Shown here: positions 18,761 to 27,282 of the stretch, piece by piece
Numbering within the stretch: the stretch's first letter is position 1
How the letters are laid out: every line of letters begins with the position of its first letter
DNA from: a virus
Reading direction: 5' to 3' (one strand)
Length of the DNA stretch: 64,000 nt
IMG/VR virus record: IMGVR_UViG_3300037087_000046
Location: 18,835-82,834 of that record
The notes under the pieces: generated by a model
Database searches by the model: none
The model's input: only the letters and a program-made list of their open reading frames with translations
Told to the model about the DNA's origin: nothing
Translations under genes and position numbers: made by a program

Positions 18761-19639
18761 GTGCGCATACCCAAACAGTTGAGTCCAACCAGTATTAGCC
18801 TTTTCTACGAAGATAGGCGTAGGTTCTATTTAAAATACTTGGCCGATTCGCGTTGCCCGCGCGACCCGCAGACCCCGCCGATGGCCTTGGGCAGCAGCTT
18901 CGATGCCCATGTCAAAAGTTTTTTGGCTGGATATGACCTAGAAACCATTTTCAAACAGCAAGTTGACGAACCTATGCGCGAGTGGGCGTGGACGAACGGT
19001 GCCCGTGCGTTCAGGCTATACCAAGATTCAGGTGCCCTTGAAGCATTGGAGAAGGAAATGGATCAATTTTCAATTGCTCCAAGGTTTGAATTTGATGTGG
19101 TAGGGCATGTTAATGGTGTTCCTCTTGGCGGCAAGCCCGATTTATGGTATGGCCACCGGGGTGGAGCACATGTGCTACTTGATTGGAAATGTAACGGTTA
19201 TTGCTCCTCTCGCCCCATGTCCCCCAAGAAGGGTTATATCCATCGGTTCGACACTAAAATGGCACATAAAAATTGTATACCTGTTGAATACAAAGGGTAC
19301 TTAATAAATTCCGCCGCACCTATGAACACCGTTGACACGTCGTGGGCGAACCAGTTGTCGATTTATGCCTGGCTACTGGGGGAATCTATCGGGTCAAACT
19401 TTGTCGTAGGAATAGAGCAACTCTGTGGGCCAGACTGTCTGTGTGTTAGCCATCGTAGTCTGATTGAACCTGAATATCAGGAGGCGTTGGTACGTAAGAT
19501 GACTTATATGTGGCACCTGATACAACAAGGGCCACGGCACATCTTTGATACCGTGTCAGAAGAGGAATCAGAGGAAGAGTGTGCAGTGCTGGATAAATAT
19601 TATTTGTCCTTTCAAGGTGAGTATGCTTTTTTGTCTTGA
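18761..19639 (+). CDS. PD-(D/E)XK exonuclease (RecB/Cas4-like)
   Basis: LSPTSI...FYLKYL, GSSFD, GKPD, LLDWK, QLSIY. Confidence 0.8.
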   Translation: MRIPKQLSPTSISLFYEDRRRFYLKYLADSRCPRDPQTPPMALGSSFDAHVKSFLAGYDLETIFKQQVDEPMREWAWTNGARAFRLYQDSGALEALEKEMDQFSIAPRFEFDVVGHVNGVPLGGKPDLWYGHRGGAHVLLDWKCNGYCSSRPMSPKKGYIHRFDTKMAHKNCIPVEYKGYLINSAAPMNTVDTSWANQLSIYAWLLGESIGSNFVVGIEQLCGPDCLCVSHRSLIEPEYQEALVRKMTYMWHLIQQGPRHIFDTVSEEESEEECAVLDKYYLSFQGEYAFLS

Positions 19640-19667
19640 CAGTTAAGAGCCTAACGTGTTAGACTCT
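19636..19667 (+). promoter_or_regulatory. sigma70-type hairpin promoter
   Basis: TTGACA-18-TAGACT; AGAGCCTAAC-GT-GTTAGACTCT. Confidence 0.8.
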
Positions 19668-19672
19668 TTCTC

Positions 19673-19789
19673 GTAGTCAGTAAGTGCAAGGCAAACGCGG
19701 GGTCGGGTTGAGGATTAACTTCAGACGTTTTTAAACGGATTGGCGATGCCACTATAACAAATAGCCGCCGACGAACCCCTACTGACTAC
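19673..19789 (+). ncRNA. Candidate structured leader or small RNA
   Basis: Perfect 10-bp closing stem GTAGTCAGTA/TACTGACTAC near the predicted TSS, inner GTCGG/CCGAC stem and four small hairpins. Confidence 0.55.
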
Positions 19790-19810
19790 TATTTAAAGGA
19801 GAAATAGAAC

Positions 19811-20350
19811 ATGACTTGTGACATCTGTGGGAAACAAAAAGAAGTATACAAAGTGGCAGGAGTGATTATTCCAGGAGTTAGGTATGTCTGCATGGAATGT
19901 GCTGTTAAACAGGGGTGGACTAATAGAGAGATGTGGGGGCGTAAACTTACCTGTACCCACTGTGGGGTGGAAGAAATTATTATCACAACTCTTCTACAAA
20001 CATCATTTGAATGTGATAAATGTAAAGATGTTGAGGTGGTATGTCCTCATTGCCAAAAACATCTAAAGACAGTGAAAAAAGTAAATTACAAATCCATGTA
20101 TGACTATATCTGTGATGAGTGCCAAGCAGGATTTGACAAACGTGAGTCCGAAGAGGAAGCATATAAGAAGGAACGCGAAGAAGAATATGGTGGTCTTATT
20201 GGAACTTACATGGTAACTATTTGTGAAAGGTGTGGTAAAGAAACAGATTGCCTTTTTGAAGCAGACCCCTTTAATGAAGATGTGAACGAAGATGATACCC
20301 CTGTTTGGGAATGTGACGATTGCAGGGAAGCCAGCGCGTTGGAGATATAA
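19811..20350 (+). CDS. Multi-CxxC zinc-ribbon protein
   Basis: Eight CxxC pairs; AAGGAG RBS. Confidence 0.7.
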   Translation: MTCDICGKQKEVYKVAGVIIPGVRYVCMECAVKQGWTNREMWGRKLTCTHCGVEEIIITTLLQTSFECDKCKDVEVVCPHCQKHLKTVKKVNYKSMYDYICDECQAGFDKRESEEEAYKKEREEEYGGLIGTYMVTICERCGKETDCLFEADPFNEDVNEDDTPVWECDDCREASALEI

Positions 20351-20351
20351 A

Positions 20352-20522
20352 ATGATTAACCTAACCACAGTAGAAGAAATTACATTCTGGATTAACCCCA
20401 AGCATATTGTTGCCTTCGAGAGACAGGATGACTGGACAGTAATTTCCATGACAAACGGGCAGTCGTTCCGGGTTAAAGAAACACCAATGGATATAATTTG
20501 TAAACTGGGGGAGGACAACTAA
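20352..20522 (+). CDS. Small protein, FlbD-like
   Basis: MINLT...WINPKHIVAFE...TVISMTNG...VKET. Confidence 0.55.
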   Translation: MINLTTVEEITFWINPKHIVAFERQDDWTVISMTNGQSFRVKETPMDIICKLGEDN

Positions 20523-21268
20523 TGAAACTCATTGCATTTGTTAATGGTATGCAACTTAACGGGGAGTTTGACTCCTTCAAAGAAATATCTGATAAGTTGC
20601 TGGATGATTTTAGGGGTACTCTCGTAGTACGACCTGCTGAAACCCCTTCCACAAAATACCACGCCATCCTTCCAGGAGGAATCACAACTCCACACTTCTC
20701 CAGCCAGACTGGAGCAATCAACTGTGCTCTTGCCGAGATTAACGCCTACCCCGCAAAGTATATCGAGGTAAAAGCATGCTGATTTCAATTTGGGAAGGGG
20801 ACGAACTCACCATCATGGAACATGAAAGTCTCACCAACGACGAAATTATCTTCCTTGAGACTGTGGATGAGGTAGGTGTTCCCCTACCAAAAGCCCATGT
20901 ATATGATGACCTATTTGAAGCAGCCAACTTCCTATATTATGAAAAAATCCCACATGTAACAGACAAACGCGGACTTGCTGAAGGGCTGATGGATTTGTTT
21001 GGTAAAACCAAATACAAGGTGGTGTTGTTTTATGATTAAGGGGTGGTTTGCTAAGGATCAAAATGGTAGGATACAGATATTTGGTCATGAACCTTATCTT
21101 GAAGCAGGGACGTGGATAAAGAAAGAGGGTGGAACACCCGAAATCAATACTTTTATTTCTATTGCAGAAGATGATAGTTTGGGCATACTGGAAAAACGTG
21201 AAGTCACCCTTAAGAAGTCTGAATTGCGTAGAATATGCCAAATTACCTATAACGAGGAGTTACTATGA
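20522..21268 (+). CDS. Three small hypothetical proteins (20522-20782, 20776-21039, 21032-21268)
   Basis: Overlapping start/stop packing and RBSs. Confidence 0.5.
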
Positions 21269-21462
21269 GTAAAATTAAACTGAAGACAGACCCCGGTTTC
21301 AAGTGTGCTTGTTCCTGTGATTTACATGACGGGCTTTATTGTAAAGTGGGTTGGGCTAAAAAGTACAGCCGTGATGTACCGTGGCTGCTACACCCAACAA
21401 AAAAATGCCCCTTGCACAAGACGGTAGGTACATTTGTCATTGATATTGAGAAACTGAAATAG
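21265..21462 (+). CDS. Small Cys4 protein (dispersed paralog family)
   Basis: KTDPGFKCACSC...C...PTKKCP. Confidence 0.55.
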   Translation: MSKIKLKTDPGFKCACSCDLHDGLYCKVGWAKKYSRDVPWLLHPTKKCPLHKTVGTFVIDIEKLK

Positions 21463-21488
21463 TCGTCCTGCTTGCAATACTCCTACTG

Positions 21489-21995
21489 ATGCACCATGAG
21501 GATAATTTTGCTACCGCAAAATTATGTAGTGCCGGGGTATTGACGATTGGGTATGGGCACACAACTACTTTCGGATTCCCGAAAGTAGTTCCTGGCATGA
21601 AAATTTCCCAGCCAGAAGCCATTATTCTTCTTTACAAGGATACCAAGAAGGTGTATGATGGTATATATCCAACGGTGAAACAGTTGGATATACTTCAACA
21701 AGCAGCATTAGTATCCTTTGCATACAACATTGGGATTGAGGCATTCGACAAGTCCGCTGTAGCAATTAGGCTACGCGATTGGAAAGACCCACCTGATAAC
21801 CTGTGGCAATATGAGTGTTTGGAAATGCACCTGTTGAGGTGGGATAAAATCGGCAAGACGGTTGCACCTGGGTTGGCCCACCGGAGAGAGAGCGAAGCGT
21901 GGATATTACTGTGGCAACAACATCTGATGGAAAGTGTAGTATACAGTGTTCCTTATATTGCAAAACTGGGTATTATAAAGATTATTGCCAATTAA
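21489..21995 (+). CDS. Lysozyme (GH24 muramidase)
   Basis: E...CSAGVLTIGYGHT, ALVSFAYNIG, GLAHRRESE. Confidence 0.88.
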   Translation: MHHEDNFATAKLCSAGVLTIGYGHTTTFGFPKVVPGMKISQPEAIILLYKDTKKVYDGIYPTVKQLDILQQAALVSFAYNIGIEAFDKSAVAIRLRDWKDPPDNLWQYECLEMHLLRWDKIGKTVAPGLAHRRESEAWILLWQQHLMESVVYSVPYIAKLGIIKIIAN

Positions 21996-22105
21996 ATAAA
22001 CACTACTATGGTGGCCAGTGGGTAATGAAACCTAAACCAACATGCCCGGCTATTACGGAGCCTGAGACAATCCGATTTGTTGCACGAATGGACTTGCCAT
22101 GCTGA
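21899..22105 (+). CDS. Small Cys4 protein (dispersed paralog family)
   Basis: TTSDGKCSIQC...C...PKPTCP. Confidence 0.5.
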   Translation: MDITVATTSDGKCSIQCSLYCKTGYYKDYCQLNKHYYGGQWVMKPKPTCPAITEPETIRFVARMDLPC

Positions 22106-22546
22106 ACTCCGAACGGTGGATGAAGATTGCACAGAATGCTGAGATACAGTGGGGTAATCGAGAAGAAGAGTTGGATGAAGAGGGTATCTTTAATTACTGG
22201 GAAGATGATTTGTATAGAGCATATCAAAAAGAAGCAGATGCTGCGAACTCATTAGCCATACAATGGAAAGGAATTGAAAATGCTAATCAAGGCTAAAGAC
22301 TTACAAGTTGGAGATGTTATTGCTGGGCACGAGGTTTATAGTGTACAGTCGGCAATACTTTTTACCCTTGTCTGCATGGAAAAAGAAGGTAAACATTATG
22401 CACCGGAGTTTCTCAACGAAATGGAAATCAACGTTGAACGACCTGAGTATGTTAAGGTGAATAAAGAGTTGGTAAGACGTGCCATTGATTGTCTTGGTGG
22501 GTCAAGGTGTTCTAGTGACGCAGAGGAACTGGAGAAACTCCTTTGA
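22099..22546 (+). CDS. Two small hypothetical proteins (22099-22296, 22280-22546)
   Basis: Packing; the second begins MLIKAKDLQVGD like the 23129 ORF. Confidence 0.5.
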
Positions 22547-23145
22547 AAATAGTCCCACAAAGTATTGAGTTAATTGACATCACACCAAATGCAGTACAGA
22601 AGATTGCCAAGATTGCAAGAGTGTGTTATCAAAGTATGGGCAATGAGGAAGAGAATATTAACTTACTCCGTAAGTTAATTGCTCGTGGTCATCTATCCCT
22701 CTTGGAACACGCCTCAGCAACATTCCGTATTATCACTGACCGGGCAATCGCAAATGAATTAACCCGCCATCGTCATGCCTCGTTTGCCCAGGAGAGCACA
22801 CGGTTCTGTTCGTATGATGAATTGACAGTTATTCGGACACCAGAAGAATTACGTATTGTAGATGGTAGATATCCTGCTCCTGAATGGGTAGTTTCTATGC
22901 AGTCATGTATGAAAAGTTATAGAGACCTTCTTGCTAAGAAGGTCTCACCCCAGATAGCCCGTAGTGTACTTCCTTTGTGTCTTAAAACAGAATTGGTTAT
23001 GACTGCCAACTTCCGGGAATGGAAGTATATTTTAGACTTACGCAGTAAGTCTAATTGCCATCCTCAGATGGTTGAACTTATGAAGATGATAGGTGAGGCA
23101 CTCACCTATCAAGTACCGGAGGTATTCAATGATAGTCAAGGCTAA
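22543..23145 (+). CDS. thyX: Flavin-dependent thymidylate synthase
   Basis: GHLSLLEH, ELTRHRHASFAQESTR, ARSVLP, TANFREW. Confidence 0.93.
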   Translation: MKIVPQSIELIDITPNAVQKIAKIARVCYQSMGNEEENINLLRKLIARGHLSLLEHASATFRIITDRAIANELTRHRHASFAQESTRFCSYDELTVIRTPEELRIVDGRYPAPEWVVSMQSCMKSYRDLLAKKVSPQIARSVLPLCLKTELVMTANFREWKYILDLRSKSNCHPQMVELMKMIGEALTYQVPEVFNDSQG

Positions 23146-23518
23146 AGACTTAAAGGTAGGAGATAGGATTGGATCACAAACTATTTTCCGTACTGACAGA
23201 TTTTCTAATGATGGGTGCGTGTATGTCATATTTGAGGGTCATCAAAGAGCCACACACCATAAAGACACAGAGATAGCAATCCACCGTGAACCAATGATTA
23301 AGAAACGTGATGGGCCGTTTGAACCCTTCTCAAAAGAGAAGTTGAAACGTTCCATCTACAAGGCTGTTCTTGACCTACCGGAAGAAGAGTGGGATTTCAG
23401 TGGTGTGCAGAGTATTGTAGATGATGTCTGTGAATTATGCCCGAAAACAACCACGAGTCTTCGGCTACATGTAAATGACAGGCTGCTGAGGGAGCACTAT
23501 GAGAGTTATAACAAATAA
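23129..23518 (+). CDS. Protein with a partial ATP-cone domain
   Basis: IKKRDGPFEPFSKEKLKRSIYKA. Confidence 0.6.
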   Translation: MIVKAKDLKVGDRIGSQTIFRTDRFSNDGCVYVIFEGHQRATHHKDTEIAIHREPMIKKRDGPFEPFSKEKLKRSIYKAVLDLPEEEWDFSGVQSIVDDVCELCPKTTTSLRLHVNDRLLREHYESYNK

Positions 23519-24039
23519 AGACGGGACGTGCAGCCCCCAGTGTGTTAAGAACTGCCCAAACACAGTTAAGGGAAAGCCAAATAAAAAATGTTTGGCGTAT
23601 GGCACACATGGTGCCAACCTGCTGATTGTGAAAAATTTGAAAGACTTCAAGGACATGACTCTTGAAGAGAAAATGGAGAGAAACGGTGCAACTAAAAACA
23701 AAAAACGGGAAATGTGATGTAAATTGTGGTTACTTAAGTGCCCAAACTGGTTGTTATGCTGGATGGGAAGTAGGGAAAGACTGCCCTGGTGATATGACGG
23801 TTAATGACCCAACTGAACAAGTACCTGTTATTCTGACAGATGATGGGCCGATTATTTTTGAGGATAAAAACTCCGACTCAAATGAGATGAACCACCAAGA
23901 AATACCTAAAGATATAGAATCTTCTAATCCCGAACCATTTAGGTTGGTTACCCCCTATTCTGTCGGGCAATATACCGCTTTTGTCGGGCAATATACCGAG
24001 CCACCTAAAAAACGTGGTCGTAAACCAAATAAGAATTGA
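23499..24039 (+). CDS. Two small Cys4 family proteins (23499-23717, 23686-24039)
   Basis: TNKDGTCSPQC..NC...PNKKC and KTKNGKCDVNC...C...KDCPG. Confidence 0.5.
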
Positions 24040-24116
24040 CAAACCAACTTATAGTTTGGTCGACGTTAGTAGGTATCAAGCCCTGCCCGACCAACAATTT
24101 TGAAAGGACACACTAA

Positions 24117-24953
24117 ATGGGTTATATGCACATCAACAATTTGTACAAGGACCAAACAATCCTCCTGTTCCGTGAGTGCTACGCAATGGAGAAGGTTCAT
24201 GGTACGTCGGCACATATTTACTACCATGATCGTAAAGTAACCTTCTTCTCCGGGGGTGCACCCCACCCGGAATTTATGGCACTGTTCAACATCAATCAGT
24301 TAGAACAAGATATGTTTCTACGCTTCGGGGATATGACAGTTACCATCTATGGAGAAGCCTATGGTGGTAAGATGCAAAGTATGAAAGAGACATACGGAGA
24401 CAAACTCAAGTTTGTTGCCTTTGAGGTGGAAATCAATGATAAGTTTGTTCATGTTCCTGTAGCAGAACAAATCTGTATCGGACTTGGCTTGGACTTTGTT
24501 GACTACGCCAGAGTAGGAACAACCCTGGATGAACTGGATGCAGAACGCGATAAGCCCTCCACCATTGCCCTGAGGTTGGGACTGGGTGAGAAGCAACGTG
24601 AAGGTGTTGTTCTTCGCCCACTGGAAGAAATGACGCTGAACAATGGTGCGCGAGTTATCTGTAAACACAAGCGACCTGACTTCTGTGAAACAAGAACTCA
24701 ACGAGAAGTGCGCGTTGAGGACATGGAAGTCCTTCGTGAAGCAACCGCTATCGCTGAGGAATGGGTAACAGCGAATCGTCTTGACCATGTTCTTGATAAA
24801 CTGGGAGTATGCACTATTGAGCAAACTGGTACAGTTATCAAGGCAATGCTGGAAGATGTCATTCGTGAAGGCGCGGGTGAAATAGTTATGAGTAAGGAAG
24901 CATCAACGGCAATCAGTCATAAGACAAAACAACTTTTTCATGGGAGATTGTAA
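24117..24953 (+). CDS. RNA ligase (Rnl2-like nucleotidyltransferase)
   Basis: EKVHGTS (motif I), YGEAYG, FVAFEV, REGVVLRP, ICKHK. Confidence 0.85.
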   Translation: MGYMHINNLYKDQTILLFRECYAMEKVHGTSAHIYYHDRKVTFFSGGAPHPEFMALFNINQLEQDMFLRFGDMTVTIYGEAYGGKMQSMKETYGDKLKFVAFEVEINDKFVHVPVAEQICIGLGLDFVDYARVGTTLDELDAERDKPSTIALRLGLGEKQREGVVLRPLEEMTLNNGARVICKHKRPDFCETRTQREVRVEDMEVLREATAIAEEWVTANRLDHVLDKLGVCTIEQTGTVIKAMLEDVIREGAGEIVMSKEASTAISHKTKQLFHGRL

Positions 24954-25138
24954 TGGAACAAACGTCTGGGGGTATTGGGTTGTTGGGTATGGTGTTTATC
25001 GTGTTTTTGGTACTGAAACTTTGCAACGTCATTACATGGTCATGGTGGTGGGTATGTTTGCCACTGTATGGCCCCTTGGCAATTACAATACCTATTCTGT
25101 TATTGATTGCTTTAGTGATGGTTTTTGCAAAAAAGTAG
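24953..25138 (+). CDS. Small membrane protein
   Basis: GGIG...VFLVLKL..VITWSWWWV..PLY, a common phage TM family. Confidence 0.75.
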   Translation: MEQTSGGIGLLGMVFIVFLVLKLCNVITWSWWWVCLPLYGPLAITIPILLLIALVMVFAKK

Positions 25139-25168
25139 TTGACAAATTAGACTATAGTATGCTATTAG
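25139..25168 (+). promoter_or_regulatory. Probable sigma70-type promoter (hairpin-family variant)
   Basis: TTGACAAATTAGA shared with the promoter at 43342-43371; ATAGT-AT-GCTAT. Confidence 0.55.
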
Positions 25169-25171
25169 CCA

Positions 25172-25385
25172 ACCAGAAGGGCTGCGAATATACTCTAACT
25201 GGTTTTAACCAACGGACAGTTAGGCACCCCCTTAATGAGGTCAGCCGATAAGTAATGGATAGAATAGACTTGGGTACGGAACCTATCCATACGGGAGATG
25301 CCCCTACCAGCGGACTGTAAATCCGCCGACGAAAAACTGGAAGGAAGTTGTCAGGTGGTGCGTTACCACTGTTCAATTCACATAA
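25172..25385 (+). ncRNA. Structured RNA containing a tRNA-Tyr(GTA)-like anticodon arm and a T-arm-like hairpin
   Basis: GCGGA-CTGTAAA-TCCGC (25310-25326); GGTGG-TGCGTTA-CCACT (25354-25370); no canonical D-arm, acceptor stem or CCA. Confidence 0.55.
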
Positions 25386-25409
25386 GGGTTACTACGAAAG
25401 TGAGAAAGT

Positions 25410-25751
25410 ATGTCAACATTTATGGTTTATATCTGGACACGTTTGGACTACCTACAGTGGGCATCCATTACGGTGGCTACTTTATGGGGTATTGCTGCCT
25501 TATTCATCATAATGAATTGGGGATTGGGTGATATTGATGAGGACGTTATAAAAACTTTCTATCGTAAGAACAAAAAGAAAGTTATAGGGACGTTAGTTGT
25601 ACCCCTCTTTATCATATTTCTTGTCCCTGATAAAACAGATTTTGCAACCATTTATGTTGTCCCTAAAATTACCAGCCAAGAGTTTGTAACTAAAACCCTT
25701 CCTGAAATGTATGAGGTAATCAAAAAAGAAATTAAAGAGTTACAAAAATAG
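25410..25751 (+). CDS. Membrane protein
   Basis: Two hydrophobic segments; VPDK...IYVVPK. Confidence 0.65.
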   Translation: MSTFMVYIWTRLDYLQWASITVATLWGIAALFIIMNWGLGDIDEDVIKTFYRKNKKKVIGTLVVPLFIIFLVPDKTDFATIYVVPKITSQEFVTKTLPEMYEVIKKEIKELQK

Positions 25752-25783
25752 GGGACGGGCAACATCGGTGGGCATTTTTAATA

Positions 25784-25815
25784 ATCCGGTCAGCGTTATG
25801 CTGACCGGATATTTG
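25784..25815 (+). terminator. Hairpin/terminator
   Basis: ATCCGGTCAGC-GTTAT-GCTGACCGGAT. Confidence 0.6.
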
Positions 25816-25832
25816 TGTCTTAGGAGGTTGGC

Positions 25833-26150
25833 ATGTTTCTAAAAGTATGGTGGACTTTGTTTAAACTTGAGTATTGCAACAATGTAGATTTTGAACTTGA
25901 TGGAGTCGTTTATAAGGGTAATGAAATTTCTTATAAAGACTTCACGGTTAGACATATCTGGAATGACACTATTCTGACCTACAAGGGGGTACAAATCAGA
26001 AGCCCCTACAAGATTACTGGCTGGGTGCCTTTGGCAGAACACATGCTTAAAACAATTAAGAAGAATGGGCGGCTGCGTAAAGCAGCGTTGATTGATAAAC
26101 TGAAACAAGATGAGAAATTCTTGAAGGAGACACAATGGATAGACCAATAG
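25833..26150 (+). CDS. Hypothetical protein
   Basis: AGGAGG RBS. Confidence 0.6.
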   Translation: MFLKVWWTLFKLEYCNNVDFELDGVVYKGNEISYKDFTVRHIWNDTILTYKGVQIRSPYKITGWVPLAEHMLKTIKKNGRLRKAALIDKLKQDEKFLKETQWIDQ

Positions 26151-26473
26151 TTTATATTGCAGGGCCTTATAGAGGTGATATAGCAGGTAACATTGCACGG
26201 GCACGTAATGCTGCCTTTATTTTGGCGGGGCATAACATCTGGTTTCATTGCCCCCATTCCCATACGGCCTTGATGGACGGCGCAGCACCCGATGAATTCT
26301 TTTTGGAACTGGATAAGCACTACTTAAAAATATGTTCCTGCATCTACCTGCTTGAGGGGTGGGGGAAATCTACTGGCACATTATCTGAGATTGCTTTAGC
26401 AAAACAAATGGGTCTACCAATATTTGAATCTATTGAGGAGGTTATAAAGTATGGAACAAGGGACAAAGTTTGA
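26135..26473 (+). CDS. Nucleoside 2-deoxyribosyltransferase-like protein (DUF1937/DUF4406 type)
   Basis: VYIAGPY...PH...D..YL..C...GW.KS.G...E...A. Confidence 0.8.
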   Translation: MDRPIVYIAGPYRGDIAGNIARARNAAFILAGHNIWFHCPHSHTALMDGAAPDEFFLELDKHYLKICSCIYLLEGWGKSTGTLSEIALAKQMGLPIFESIEEVIKYGTRDKV

Positions 26474-26741
26474 TGTTGGAAAGCCACAGTGGAATCTTCT
26501 ACCGTGGAATGCAGTAAAAGAAGTTGTTGAGGTACTTACGCTGGGGGCGACTAAATATGCTCCCAATAATTGGCAACATGTCAGACCCATTTCCCGATAT
26601 AAGGATGCTGCGTTCAGACATTTTACCTCCTATTGTATGGGAGAGAAACTTGATAACGAAACAGGTAAATCCCACGTAGCCCACGCTATTGCATGTCTAC
26701 TGTTTTTACTGTGGTTTGAATTGGGGGAAATAAATGATTAA
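26451..26741 (+). CDS. dATP/dGTP diphosphohydrolase-like (DUF5664)
   Basis: KFDVGKPQW.LLP...GATKYAPNNW...AAFRH...ETGKSHVAHA. Confidence 0.85.
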   Translation: MEQGTKFDVGKPQWNLLPWNAVKEVVEVLTLGATKYAPNNWQHVRPISRYKDAAFRHFTSYCMGEKLDNETGKSHVAHAIACLLFLLWFELGEIND

Positions 26742-27282
26742 GATTGGGTTTGTAGGCGGACCAAGTGCTGGGAAGACGTCCTTGAGTAGGTTATTGTCTA
26801 CACAATTCATTGGGAAATATAAAACCGAACTGGTGTCGGAGTATGCGCGTGAATGGATAAACCTACACGGACAAACAACCAAAATGGAACACCAGTTACA
26901 TTTTTTCAACCAGCAATGTCTGCGGGAGAAGTCCCTAATTACTGATAAAGTACAATACCTTATCACCGACTCCCCCGTTCATTTGGGAATTGTATATGCC
27001 ATGTTGTATAATGACAACCCCACTTTGTTAGATGGGCTACTGCAACAGGGATTTGATTATACCTATGATTATATCTTTCATTTGCCACCAAATAAGACAC
27101 CAGAGAATGATGGTACACGCCAAAATTTACAACTCACCAAAACATGGCAGGAAGAGTTTGATACCTTGGTTAGCACAGTTTTCAGTTATTTGTATAAACC
27201 AACGAAGTATGTTAAAATTACCGCTGTTGACAAAACTACACAATTGACAGAGGTTCTAAGGGAGATCGGTTTTGGAAATTAA
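26734..27282 (+). CDS. NadR-like P-loop nucleoside kinase (AAA_28)
   Basis: GGPSAGKTS, EYAREW, ITDSP, ENDGTR. Confidence 0.8.
   Translation: MIKIGFVGGPSAGKTSLSRLLSTQFIGKYKTELVSEYAREWINLHGQTTKMEHQLHFFNQQCLREKSLITDKVQYLITDSPVHLGIVYAMLYNDNPTLLDGLLQQGFDYTYDYIFHLPPNKTPENDGTRQNLQLTKTWQEEFDTLVSTVFSYLYKPTKYVKITAVDKTTQLTEVLREIGFGN

Noticed and set aside
19685-19790. c-di-GMP-I riboswitch (GGCAAAC)
   Set aside because: Lacks the GNRA-capped P2, GACGCAAAG and CTAA receptor elements
23961-23998. 17-bp direct repeat TGTCGGGCAATATACCG
   Set aside because: In-frame intragenic duplication (VGQYT twice); no other copies noticed
25270-25385. Canonical tRNA-Tyr gene
   Set aside because: No proper D-arm, TTC T-loop, 7-bp acceptor stem or CCA; kept as a tRNA-like finding
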